Below the pieces are notes generated by a model. It worked only from the letters and a program-made list of their open reading frames with translations. It was not told the DNA's origin and made no database searches. Source: Terriglobia bacterium (GTDB lineage: Bacteria; Acidobacteriota; Polarisedimenticolia; Polarisedimenticolales; JAIQFR01). Taken from it: DNA of 64,000 bases. The DNA lies in NCBI GenBank assembly GCA_963748015.1, contig CAVVHE010000004.1:2112001-2176000 (forward strand). The letters are read 5' to 3'. Of the stretch, positions 21,984 through 30,513 are shown one piece after another; positions within the stretch are counted from its first letter, which is position 1, and each line of letters starts with the position of its first letter. The position numbers were made by a program, and so were the translations under genes.

Positions 21984-22463
21984 ATGGCCGAGCGCCTGGC
22001 GAAGGCGGACCGCTACGGGAGGATCCTCTCCCAGGCGGAGGAGCTGCTCGCGAACGTGAACGACCCCGTCGCGCGCATGAGCACCGTGGCCGCGCTCCTC
22101 CACCACAAGATGCCCGGCTTCTCCTGGACCGGCTTCTACCTCCTCGACGGGGAGGATCTCGTCGTCGGCCCCTATCAGGGGCTCGTCGCGTGCATCGCCC
22201 TGGAAAGGCACCGGGGAGTCTGCTGGGCGGGGGTCCTGCGAGGCGAAGCCGTGGTCGTTCCCGACGTGCACGCCTTCCCGGGACACATCGCCTGCGACAG
22301 CCGGTCGAGGTCCGAGATCGTCGTCCCGGTCCGGCGCCGCGACGGGAGCGTCGCGGGCGTCCTCGACGTGGACAGCACCCGCCCGGCCTGGTTCGACGAG
22401 ACGGACGCCGCGGGGCTCGCCCCGTTCGCGAACGTCGTTTTCGCAGGTCACGGAACGCGGTAA
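21984..22463 (+). CDS. msrC: GAF domain protein, free methionine-(R)-sulfoxide reductase-like
   Basis: WTGFYL, VGPYQGLVAC, GVCW, VPDVHAFPGHIACDSRSRSEIVVP and VLDVDS. Confidence 0.85.
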   Translation: MAERLAKADRYGRILSQAEELLANVNDPVARMSTVAALLHHKMPGFSWTGFYLLDGEDLVVGPYQGLVACIALERHRGVCWAGVLRGEAVVVPDVHAFPGHIACDSRSRSEIVVPVRRRDGSVAGVLDVDSTRPAWFDETDAAGLAPFANVVFAGHGTR

Positions 22464-22485
22464 GACGCGGGCGCGGGAGAGCGAG

Positions 22486-23139
22486 GTGGCCGTGAGCGGG
22501 TTCCTTTCGCGCTTCGGGAAGAGACTGAGGAGCCGCTCGATCTGGGCGTTCCTCGCGGGTGTGCTGGTGATGGTGATCGCGTGGGAAGTGCTGTCTCGCA
22601 CCCCCCTCGCCCTGCTGATCGGCAAGCCGCTCGTCCTTCCGAACGACGCGGGAGCGGCGGACGCGATCGTCGTCCTCGGCGCGGGGGTGAGCCGGGGCTG
22701 CGAGCCCGATTTCCATTCCATGCGCCGAACGATCCACGCGGTGAGGGCCTTCAAGAAAGGGAGAGCGCCGCTGGTCCTTTTCACCGGCGGGAAGGTACCC
22801 GACCGATCCTGCGCGATCGCCGACGTCATGGCCGGCCTCGCCCGCGAGCTCGGCGTGCCGCCGGAGAGCATCCTGGTCGACCGTGCCTCGACCACCACAT
22901 GGGAGAACGCGGTCGAGGCGTCGAGGATCCTCGGCCCACGCGGCATCCGGAAGGTGCTGCTCGTGTCCGACGCCATTCACATGCGGCGGGGCGAGGCGTG
23001 CATGCGCCGCTGCGGCTTCGAAGTCCTTCGCGACGCCATCCCCGCGGTGGATTCCTACCACGACGGGCCCGATCTGCTGAACGACACGCTCCACGAATAC
23101 GTGGGGTGGTGGTATTACCGGCTGAGAGGCCACTTCTGA
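22486..23139 (+). CDS. YdcF/ElyC-like DUF218 protein
   Basis: N-terminal TM; ADAIVVLGAG, FTGG, STTTWENA, LVSDAIHMRR and LHEYVG. Confidence 0.88.
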   Translation: MAVSGFLSRFGKRLRSRSIWAFLAGVLVMVIAWEVLSRTPLALLIGKPLVLPNDAGAADAIVVLGAGVSRGCEPDFHSMRRTIHAVRAFKKGRAPLVLFTGGKVPDRSCAIADVMAGLARELGVPPESILVDRASTTTWENAVEASRILGPRGIRKVLLVSDAIHMRRGEACMRRCGFEVLRDAIPAVDSYHDGPDLLNDTLHEYVGWWYYRLRGHF

Positions 23140-23177
23140 GCAGGGGCGCCGGGCCGGTCCGGCGAGAAGGAGCCGCG

Positions 23178-24005
23178 ATGCGCGTCGCCCTCGTCCAGCA
23201 GGTCGCCCGTCCGTCGAGGCGGGAGAACGTGGACCGGGCCGTCCTGGCGATGAAGCGCGCGCGGTCGCTCGGCGCGGACCTCGCCGTCTTCGCCGAGCTG
23301 GCCGTGGACCGGTTCTTCCCGCAGACCGCGGGAGACGCGTCGGCCCGGGACCTCGCCGAGCCTATCCCCGGACCCACCTGCGACCGCATCGCCGCGGCGG
23401 CGCGCGAGCTGTCGCTCGTGACCATCTTCAACCTCTACGAGCGCGCGGACGATGGCCGGCGCTTCGACAGCTCCCCGGTCTTCGATGCCGACGGAAGCCT
23501 CCTCGGTATCACGCGCATGGTCCACATCGCCGAGCTGCCCGGCTTCCACGAGCAGGGGTACTACGCTCCAGGCGACCGCGGGGCCCCGGTTTACGACACC
23601 GCGGCCGGGCGCGTCGGCGTCGCGATCTGCTACGACCGGCACTACCCCGAGTACATGCGGGCGCTCGGTCTCGCCGGGGCCGAGATCGTCGCGATCCCGC
23701 AAGCGGGGGCCCTCGGCGAGTGGCCCGAGGGACTCTACGAGGCGGAGGTGCGCACCGCCGCGTTCCAGAACGGCTACTTCGTGGCTCTGTGCAACCGCGT
23801 CGGCGCCGAGGAGAAGCTCACCTTCGCCGGCGAGTCGTTCGTGGCGGACCCGGAGGGGCAGGTCATCGCCAGGGGGAAGCGCCTCGAGGAGGACCTGGTC
23901 GTCGTCGATCTCGACCTGTCGTCTTGTGCCCGATCCACCGCGCGGCGCATGTTCTGGCGGGACCGACGCCCCGAGCTGTACGGGGGCTGGCTCGGCGGGA
24001 AGTAG
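23178..24005 (+). CDS. Carbon-nitrogen hydrolase (nitrilase superfamily)
   Basis: MRVALVQQ, FAEL, ICYDRHYPE, CNRVGAE and FAGESFVADPEG; AAGGAG RBS. Confidence 0.9.
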   Translation: MRVALVQQVARPSRRENVDRAVLAMKRARSLGADLAVFAELAVDRFFPQTAGDASARDLAEPIPGPTCDRIAAAARELSLVTIFNLYERADDGRRFDSSPVFDADGSLLGITRMVHIAELPGFHEQGYYAPGDRGAPVYDTAAGRVGVAICYDRHYPEYMRALGLAGAEIVAIPQAGALGEWPEGLYEAEVRTAAFQNGYFVALCNRVGAEEKLTFAGESFVADPEGQVIARGKRLEEDLVVVDLDLSSCARSTARRMFWRDRRPELYGGWLGGK

Positions 24006-24018
24006 ACGTACGCCGCTC

Positions 24019-24174
24019 TTACGGGGTCCGCGGCTTCTCGTCGGTCGTGCAGGAGTTCGGGGTGTAGTAAACGGTCCCGCACCGGCTGCAAACGTACTGG
24101 CGTGTGTCGTTGATCACCGCGATCATGGCGTTGACCGTGCCGCACTCCGGGCACGCCATTCGTTCGACGAGCAT
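24019..24174 (-). CDS. Small Zn-ribbon protein (51 aa)
   Basis: MLVERMACPECG...YVCSRCG has two CxxC pairs; GAGGAGG RBS. Confidence 0.65.
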   Translation of the reverse strand: MLVERMACPECGTVNAMIAVINDTRQYVCSRCGTVYYTPNSCTTDEKPRTP

Positions 24175-24449
24175 GGCCCCCTCCTCGCTTCTGGAGCGAC
24201 CGTCCGATCCGGGATTATCCCACTCCGGAGAACCCCGGGAACCGTCATTCTCGCTCGCGGCCGCCTGGAGGGAATAGGCGACCGCCCCCCTGACCCTCGC
24301 CAGCCGCCCGGGCGACGGTGGGTCCGTCGGGTTCCCGGCCCCCATCGCAAAGAAAGGTCTACTTTCTCGACCGACCCTGGGTATCATTAGAGCAGCGGGT
24401 GCGGAGGGACGCTGCGCGGGGGCGCGGCCCGTAAGCACGGGGAACCGGT

Positions 24450-25544
24450 ATGAACGGCAACAAGAAGATCTGGCGGAGCGGGGTGATCGTGTCGGCGGTG
24501 CTCGCCGTGCTCGTGGCATCGGCGTGTGGCCGGGACACGGCGGGCCCGGCCCCGGCGACTCCGGCCACGTCCCCCGCCCTGCCCCGGGCCACCGCGGTGC
24601 GCGTCTGCCGGCCCGAGGCGGCTTCCCGCGATCTCTCCTTCCCCTCGAGCCTTTTCGTCGAAAACGACGTCCGCCTGGCCGCGAAACGCTCAGGGGTCAT
24701 CGACAAGGTCCTCGTGGATCGCGGCGCGAGGGTCCGCGCCGGCCAGCCGCTCGCGCTGCTCGAAACCGACGTCTCGGCCCCCGAGCTCGCCATGGCGGAG
24801 CACGAGCGGCGCCTCGCCGAAGCCGAATACAGGAGGTTGCAGCGGCTCCGGACCGAGGAGATCGTGTCGCCGCAGGACTTCGAGAGGGCCGAGATCGCGC
24901 GCGACCTCGCGGCGAGCAAGGTCGAGCTCCAGAAAGCCTGGCTCGAGCGCTGCACGGTTCGCGCGCCGTTCGACGGAACGATCGTCGAGCGCTGGGCGGT
25001 GCCGGGGCGCCGCGTTCAGGAAGAGGACGACACCCCGCTCTTCCGTGTCGTGTCGAGCGACTCGCTCCGCGCCAGGGTGGACGTGCCCGAGGAGCACCTC
25101 GCCGGGGTGCGCGAGGGCTCGACCGCCCGAGTCGAGCCGTCGGGTGGCCGGTCCGCCGTCCCGGCGCGGGTCGTCTTCGTCGCCCCCGCGGCCGATGCGG
25201 CGTCCGGCACCGTCCCCGTGATCGTGGAGATTTCCGCGCGCGAGGGGCTCAAGCCGGGAGCGGCCGTGCAGGTCCGCTTCGATGCGGGAGAGACCGCGCC
25301 GGCCACGCTGTTCCGCCTGCCCAGGGAGGCGGTGACGTCCTCCGCGACGGGATCCCGCGCCGAGGGGATCGTGTTCGTCGTCTCGGGCGGTAAGGCGCAG
25401 GCGCGGCGGGTGAAGGTGATCGAGACGAGCGCGGCCGCGACGCTCGTGGACGGGCCGCTCAGCGTGTCGGATGAAGTAGTCCTCGACCCGCCCGCGGGGC
25501 TGGCCGACGGCGCCCCCGCCGAGGTCTCGAGGACCGCGCCGTGA
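24450..25544 (+). CDS. Efflux periplasmic adaptor (membrane fusion protein), lipoprotein
   Basis: Lipobox-like LVASAC; SGVIDKVLVDRGARVRAGQPL, VRAPFDGTI and GLKPG. Confidence 0.88.
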   Translation: MNGNKKIWRSGVIVSAVLAVLVASACGRDTAGPAPATPATSPALPRATAVRVCRPEAASRDLSFPSSLFVENDVRLAAKRSGVIDKVLVDRGARVRAGQPLALLETDVSAPELAMAEHERRLAEAEYRRLQRLRTEEIVSPQDFERAEIARDLAASKVELQKAWLERCTVRAPFDGTIVERWAVPGRRVQEEDDTPLFRVVSSDSLRARVDVPEEHLAGVREGSTARVEPSGGRSAVPARVVFVAPAADAASGTVPVIVEISAREGLKPGAAVQVRFDAGETAPATLFRLPREAVTSSATGSRAEGIVFVVSGGKAQARRVKVIETSAAATLVDGPLSVSDEVVLDPPAGLADGAPAEVSRTAP

Positions 25545-26248
25545 CGGGAGGTCGGCCGGACCCCTCGCCTCGAAAGAGGCGCGCTCCGGCCCCGTCGGAA
25601 GCCGGCACGAACCTGCTCGTGCACGAACTGAAGAACATCGCGGGACGGCTCGCGCTCCTCTGCCACAATCTCTCCGCCCACTTCGACGATCCGCTCTTCC
25701 GGGCTTCCGCCCTAGAGCTGCTGGACGACACGGCCCTCCACCTTCGCGGGCTCGCTGGCGAGCTGCGGGACCGCGAGGGACGACTGGTCGTGAAGCTGCG
25801 CGTCGATCTCGACGGGTTGCTGCAGGACGCGGTGGCGGAGCGCCTCCCGGATCTTCCGTCCCGCGTCCGACTGGTGGAAAGCTACGGCGGGCTGGCGCCG
25901 ATCTGGGGTGACGCGTTCCTCCTCCGCTCCGCGTTCGCGTGCGCCATCGAGAATGCGTTGGAGGCGATGGGTTCGGAAGGGTCTCTTACGGTCCGGACTC
26001 GAGCCGAGACGCGGCGTGGGCGGACGCGGTTCGCGGCGGAGATCGCCGACACCGGCCGCGGGATGAGCAAGGAGACGCTGCGGGCGTGCATGGGGAAGCC
26101 GTTCCAGAGCACCAAGAAAGACGGCCTCGGGCTGGGGATCTACACGATCCGCCAGGTCGCGGCCCTCCACGGCGCGACGGTCAGGATCGCGAGCGCGCCC
26201 GGGGCCGGGACGCGGGTGCGCTTCTCGTTCCCCGCCGACGAGGATTGA
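25541..26248 (+). CDS. Sensor-less histidine kinase (DHp + HATPase), PrsK-like
   Basis: H-box VHELKN, ENALEA, IADTGRGM, PFQSTKKDGLGLG and PGAGT; no TM or sensor domain; GTGA coupling to the MFP. Confidence 0.85.
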   Translation: MTGGRPDPSPRKRRAPAPSEAGTNLLVHELKNIAGRLALLCHNLSAHFDDPLFRASALELLDDTALHLRGLAGELRDREGRLVVKLRVDLDGLLQDAVAERLPDLPSRVRLVESYGGLAPIWGDAFLLRSAFACAIENALEAMGSEGSLTVRTRAETRRGRTRFAAEIADTGRGMSKETLRACMGKPFQSTKKDGLGLGIYTIRQVAALHGATVRIASAPGAGTRVRFSFPADED

Positions 26249-26252
26249 GACC

Positions 26253-27623
26253 TTGGGCCCCCGTCCCACCGTCCTCGTCGTGGACGACGACGGCCCGCTG
26301 GCCGAGCAGCTCCGCTGGGCCCTGAAGGACCGCTACGAAGTATCGTGGGCCGCGGACCGGCTCGACGGGCTCCGGGCGCTCGAGACCGTTCACCCCGACC
26401 TGGTCCTTCTCGACCTCTGCCTGCCGCCGGAGGGCACGCCGGAGGAGGGGTTCCGCGTTCTCCGGGCGGCAAGGGCGCGCGGCGACGACGTCGCGGTCGT
26501 CGTGATGTCCGGGGTCGAGGACCGCCAGGCCGCGCTGAGGGCGGTGGACGAGGGGGCGTACGACTTCTTCTCCAAGCCGGTGGACTTCGCCTCGCTCGAG
26601 GTCGTCGTCGCGAGGGCGATCGAGAAGCAGGCCCTCGCGCGCGAGAACCGGCGACTGCGAGAGACGCTCCGCGAGAGCTCCCGCATGGACGGGATCGTCG
26701 GCGGCAGCGAGGCGCTGCTGAGGGTGTTCGACGCGATCCGCCGGGTCGCCGACTCGCCGGTCACGGTGTTCCTCGAGGGCGAGAGCGGCACGGGAAAGGA
26801 ACTGGTCGCGCGGGCGATCCACTTCGGCGGAAGCCGGCGCGAGGAGCCGTTCGTCGCCGTCCACTGCGCGGCGCTTCCCGACACGCTGCTCGAGGCGGAG
26901 CTCTTCGGTCACGAGAAGGGAGCCTTCACGGGAGCCGTCGCGTCCCGGGTCGGGAGGTTCGAGGCGGCGAACGGAGGAACTCTCTTCCTCGACGAGATCG
27001 CGTGCCTGAACGCCACGACCCAGATCAAGCTCCTTCGCGTCCTGGAGCAACGCGCGGTGGAGAGGCTCGGCTCGAACCGTTCCTTTCCGGTCGACATCCG
27101 GCTGATCGTCGCGAGCAACGAGGACCTGCAGGCGAAGGTGGACAGTGGGGAATTCAGGAAGGACCTCTTCTTCCGCGTGCACGTCTTCCCCGTCCGGCTC
27201 CCTCCCCTGCGCGAACGGCGGGACGACATCCTGCCCCTGGCCGAGCACTTCTTGCGACGCACCTGCGAGGTGGGCGGGATGCCGGCGAAGCGATTCTCCC
27301 CGGCGGTCCGCTCGGCGCTTCGGTCGCGCGACTGGCCCGGCAACGTGCGCGAGCTGATGAACATGGTCGAGATGCTCGCGCTCGTCGCCGACGGCGAGGT
27401 GATCGAGCCGTCCGCCCTGCCGTACGAGTGGCAGGCGGGAGTCGGCGACCCCGTCCTGCAACGCGCCCGCGAGGCCGGGCTCCGGTCCGCGGTGGACGAG
27501 TTCGAGCGCCGCTTGCTGATCGAGGCGGTCGAGCGAGCCGGGGGCGTGAAGGCGCGTGCCGCTCGCGAGCTCAAGCTCAACCCGAGCCAGATGAAGTACC
27601 TCACCCGGAAACACCGGCTTTGA
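26253..27623 (+). CDS. Sigma54-dependent response regulator (REC-AAA+-HTH), PrsR-like
   Basis: VLVVDDD..LAEQLRWAL, LLDLCLPP, GAYDFFSKP, GESGTGKE, FGHEKGAFTGA, FLDEI, WPGNVREL and a C-terminal HTH. Confidence 0.92.
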   Translation: MGPRPTVLVVDDDGPLAEQLRWALKDRYEVSWAADRLDGLRALETVHPDLVLLDLCLPPEGTPEEGFRVLRAARARGDDVAVVVMSGVEDRQAALRAVDEGAYDFFSKPVDFASLEVVVARAIEKQALARENRRLRETLRESSRMDGIVGGSEALLRVFDAIRRVADSPVTVFLEGESGTGKELVARAIHFGGSRREEPFVAVHCAALPDTLLEAELFGHEKGAFTGAVASRVGRFEAANGGTLFLDEIACLNATTQIKLLRVLEQRAVERLGSNRSFPVDIRLIVASNEDLQAKVDSGEFRKDLFFRVHVFPVRLPPLRERRDDILPLAEHFLRRTCEVGGMPAKRFSPAVRSALRSRDWPGNVRELMNMVEMLALVADGEVIEPSALPYEWQAGVGDPVLQRAREAGLRSAVDEFERRLLIEAVERAGGVKARAARELKLNPSQMKYLTRKHRL

Positions 27624-27696
27624 ACGAGGCGGTGACCGCGCGATGACTTTCCGCTCTCGCGCGGGAGCACCAAGAAAACGTCGCCCGCGCGCGCTG

Positions 27697-27737
27697 CGGT
27701 CTGATTTTTCGACCTCGCACGGTCTGCTTTTTCAACT
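27697..27737 (+). promoter_or_regulatory. Tandem upstream activator sequences (bEBP enhancer)
   Basis: CGGTCTGATTTTTCGACC (27697-27714) and CGGTCTGCTTTTTCAACT (27720-27737), 23 bp apart; the first is a GGTC-N9-GACC palindrome. Confidence 0.7.
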
Positions 27738-27780
27738 ACCGAAGGCCGGTCGCACGTTCGCCTCCGCGCATGTCGTTCGT

Positions 27781-27793
27781 TATCAATGGTTTG
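27781..27793 (+). promoter_or_regulatory. IHF binding site
   Basis: TATCAATGGTTTG matches WATCAANNNNTTR exactly and lies between the UAS and the sigma54 box. Confidence 0.7.
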
Positions 27794-27818
27794 AGATCAC
27801 CGTCTTCGGCGCGATTCC

Positions 27819-27835
27819 TGGCAACGCCTTCGCAA
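27819..27835 (+). promoter_or_regulatory. Sigma54 (-24/-12) promoter
   Basis: TGGCAACGCCTTCGCAA: GG(27820-21)-N10-GC(27832-33), about 60 bp upstream of GAGGAGG and ATG 27897. Confidence 0.8.
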
Positions 27836-27896
27836 TGTGTCGGGGCGGTTGCTTCCGATCCGGCGTTGCCGGACCGACACAAGAGGAGGATGACAG

Positions 27897-28286
27897 ATGG
27901 CCAATCCGAAGAGCGTGACGATCAATCTAACCGCAAAGCAGCGTTCCCAGCTGCGCAATCTCACCGGCGAGGAGCACACGGAAATCAGGGTGGAAGACCC
28001 GAAGACCCCGCTTGCGGAGAGGACCTCCCCCGCGAAGCGAATCTCCCCGGCGAAGCGAGTCTCCCCCGCGAAGCGGGTCTCCCCGGCCAAGCGGGTCTCC
28101 CCGGCCAAGCGGGTTTCCCCGGCCAAGCGGGTCTCCCCGGCCAAGCGAGTCTCCCCCGCGAAGCGGGTCTCCCCGGCCAAGCGGGTCTCCCCGGCCAAGC
28201 GAGTCTCCCCCGCGAAGCGAGTCTCCCCCGCGAAGCGGGTCTCCCCGGCGAAGCGGGTCTCCCCGGCGAAGAAGTTCGGCCAGTAG
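27897..28286 (+). CDS. Leader + cationic hexapeptide repeat protein (41-aa N-terminal domain, 14 x RxSPAK, KFGQ); candidate exported/processed precursor
   Basis: Strong RBS AAGAGGAGG, own sigma54 promoter and terminator; differences between RVSPAK units fall on synonymous positions in this frame. Confidence 0.85.
   Translation: MANPKSVTINLTAKQRSQLRNLTGEEHTEIRVEDPKTPLAERTSPAKRISPAKRVSPAKRVSPAKRVSPAKRVSPAKRVSPAKRVSPAKRVSPAKRVSPAKRVSPAKRVSPAKRVSPAKRVSPAKKFGQ
28020..28271 (+). repeat. 18-bp tandem repeat x14 (consensus CGGGTCTCCCCGGCCAAG)
   Basis: Read directly: units encode RTSPAK, RISPAK and then 12 x RVSPAK, with wobble variants CGA/CGG, GTC/GTT, CCC/CCG and GCC/GCG. Confidence 0.97.
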
Positions 28287-28323
28287 GGCAAGGCAGGCCG
28301 CCAGGGACATCCCAGGCGAAGGG

Positions 28324-28362
28324 AAACGGGCCACGGGGAGGAATTCCCCGTGGCCCGTTTTG
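28324..28362. terminator. Bidirectional intrinsic terminator between convergent genes
   Basis: 16-bp perfect stem aaacgggccacgggga/tccccgtggcccgttt with an A-run on the left and a T-run on the right. Confidence 0.85.
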
Positions 28363-28380
28363 TATCGACCGCCTTCCCCG

Positions 28381-30513
28381 CTACCAGACGAAGAGGCCCA
28401 CCCAGCGTCGCAGACGCCAGAGCGCGTTCCCGGCCAGACTGCGGGGTCGCCCGAGGAACTGCGCGCGTCCCGTCATCCCCGGGCGGAGCCGCTCTCCCGA
28501 GTTGTCCACCTCCACGAGGACCCGGAGGAGGTTGACCCGTCGCACCAGGTCCTTGTAGGGGACTTCCGTCTCGGCGGGAGTGCGAGCGATCGCGTTGATC
28601 GAGCGCACACGCGTGGACAACGGCCGGGCCGGGTAGGCGGCGGCCAGGATCCGCGCCGTCGTGCCGGGCTCGATCTCCTCCGTGTCGCTCTCGAGCGCCG
28701 ACACGTCCAGGCGTACGCTGCGGAGGTCGTCCACCTCGCAGAACGGCTCTCCCTCCGCGAGAAAGCGCCCGGGCTTCTGCTCCATGTCGCGGGTCGAGAC
28801 CACCCCGGACCGGGACGCGACGAGAACCATGCGGGCGAGCTTCTCGTCGAGACCACGAAGGCGCTCCCCGGCCTCCCGCGCCTGCGCGTCCCGCCCGCGA
28901 GACACCGCGAGGTCCCCGCGCTCGCGAGCGTCGATCAGCTCGCGTCGGGCGCTCGCGAGGTCCGAGAGCGCGACGGCGCGCGCCGCCTCGAGCTCCGGGC
29001 TCTCGAGCACCGCCAGCTTGTCTCCGAGCCGAACCGACGCCCCCTCGACCACCGCGACGCTGCGGACGAACCCGTCGGCCGGCGCGCGGATCACCGCTCG
29101 ATTCCCCGGCTCGACGATGAACTCGGCGTCGAGGCGCGTCGGAAAGCGCGGGATCGTCAGGAGCGCGACCAGCGCCCCCAGCAAGCCGAGCGCCACGAGC
29201 CGCCGCCTCCGGGGGCGAAGGACGTCCCTCTTGTCGATCCAGAGGTGCTTCACGAAATGCGCCGCGGACCCTATCTTCCGCCGGGTCAAGTACGCCGTCA
29301 GACCCAGGAGCGCCGGCAGCCCGATGGGGCCCATCCAGTCGACGAAGCGATCGCGGAAGAAGAAGAAGACGAGCGCGAGGAACACGGTCGTGTAGGCCAC
29401 CGACAGGAGTCCGTAGGTCACGAACAGCCGCCTCCGCCTCCGGGAGAGGGGCTTCTGGGCCACCTCCAGGTGGAAGAGGCGCTTCTTGGCGAGGTTTCGC
29501 AGGTACGCGAAGCTCTCCTCCCGCAAGTCGGGCACGTCGAGCAGGTCCATGAGGACGTAGTACCCGTCGAGCTTGATCAGCGGGTTGATGTTGAGCCAGA
29601 TCGCCATCAAGCCCGTGAAGAAGACGAGGGCCAGGGCCGCCTCGTGGATCCACCATTCCGCCGGAGTCGTGAGCCACACCGTGGCCGCAACCGAGCACAC
29701 GATCATCTCGAAGTACGCCCCGCCGAGGCTCACGTACACGCGGTGCGATACCTTGGGGAAGAGATAGGCGTCGTCGACGTCGCAGTAGAACGCGGGCTGC
29801 AAGTAGAAGAGCATGAACCCGATATCGTGGACCTCGCCTCCGAACCTCTTCAGGGTGAGGGCATGGCCCATCTCGTGCCACAGGCTCACCACGGCGAGGA
29901 GAGTGACGAGCGTCAGGAAATGCCCGGGTCCCTTCCCGGTGGGGGTGAGGAGGTCGACGAATCCGGCCCAGTAGAGCGGCCAGTGGTAGATCAGGAACCC
30001 GAAAAGCACCACGAACGCGACCAGGCACGCGCCGACGAACCACCGGGACCACACCCAGCGGATCCACGGCATCACGCGGTTCATGAGGGCATCGGGGTCG
30101 AAGAGCGGAAAGTGAATCTCGAGGAGCCTCGACGCCTCCGCATCGTAGAAACGCTTCTTGCGAAGGCTCTTCAGCTTCCCCATCATCAACAGATGGCGCT
30201 CCTGCACGGTGCGCTCGACGAGGTCCAGGCTCCGCAGCTGCTCCTCGTAGTCCAGGAGCCACTGCTCGTCGATCGGGAGCGCGGGGTGTTTCGCGTTGAA
30301 CTCCGCGACGATCCGGTCGCGGTCGCGGGTTCCGTCGAGAAGCTCCAGGAGGTCGCTTTCCCACATCTCGAACTTGTAGTACTTCTGCGCGTCCGGCTCC
30401 TTGACCATGCAGTAGGATTCATCCCGGCTGGTCAGCCTCCGGACGATCACCCCTTTCTTGATCGACGGCCGCCGAGTCACGGCAGCCAACCCCAGAGCCA
30501 GGTCCAGATCCAT
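28381..30513 (-). CDS. PqqD/RRE-like N-domain + M50 (site-2) membrane metallopeptidase + HlyD/MFP fusion
   Basis: N-terminal VKEP..KYYKF...LLELLDGTR...IVAEF; HEMGH and NINPLIKLDGYY Zn motifs in the TM region; C-terminal IRAPADGFV..VVEGASVRLGDKL, a coiled coil and LRPGMTGRA. Confidence 0.88.
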   Translation of the reverse strand: MDLDLALGLAAVTRRPSIKKGVIVRRLTSRDESYCMVKEPDAQKYYKFEMWESDLLELLDGTRDRDRIVAEFNAKHPALPIDEQWLLDYEEQLRSLDLVERTVQERHLLMMGKLKSLRKKRFYDAEASRLLEIHFPLFDPDALMNRVMPWIRWVWSRWFVGACLVAFVVLFGFLIYHWPLYWAGFVDLLTPTGKGPGHFLTLVTLLAVVSLWHEMGHALTLKRFGGEVHDIGFMLFYLQPAFYCDVDDAYLFPKVSHRVYVSLGGAYFEMIVCSVAATVWLTTPAEWWIHEAALALVFFTGLMAIWLNINPLIKLDGYYVLMDLLDVPDLREESFAYLRNLAKKRLFHLEVAQKPLSRRRRRLFVTYGLLSVAYTTVFLALVFFFFRDRFVDWMGPIGLPALLGLTAYLTRRKIGSAAHFVKHLWIDKRDVLRPRRRRLVALGLLGALVALLTIPRFPTRLDAEFIVEPGNRAVIRAPADGFVRSVAVVEGASVRLGDKLAVLESPELEAARAVALSDLASARRELIDARERGDLAVSRGRDAQAREAGERLRGLDEKLARMVLVASRSGVVSTRDMEQKPGRFLAEGEPFCEVDDLRSVRLDVSALESDTEEIEPGTTARILAAAYPARPLSTRVRSINAIARTPAETEVPYKDLVRRVNLLRVLVEVDNSGERLRPGMTGRAQFLGRPRSLAGNALWRLRRWVGLFVW

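Noticed and set aside
19606..23133. 1175-aa extended GlgB
   Set aside because: The N-terminal extension overlaps two plus-strand genes (GAF, DUF218); the real start is about 21819.
28020..28271. Regular short repeats as a CRISPR array
   Set aside because: The units are contiguous 18-mers with no unique spacers, vary at codon wobble positions, and have no cas genes nearby; this is a coding repeat.
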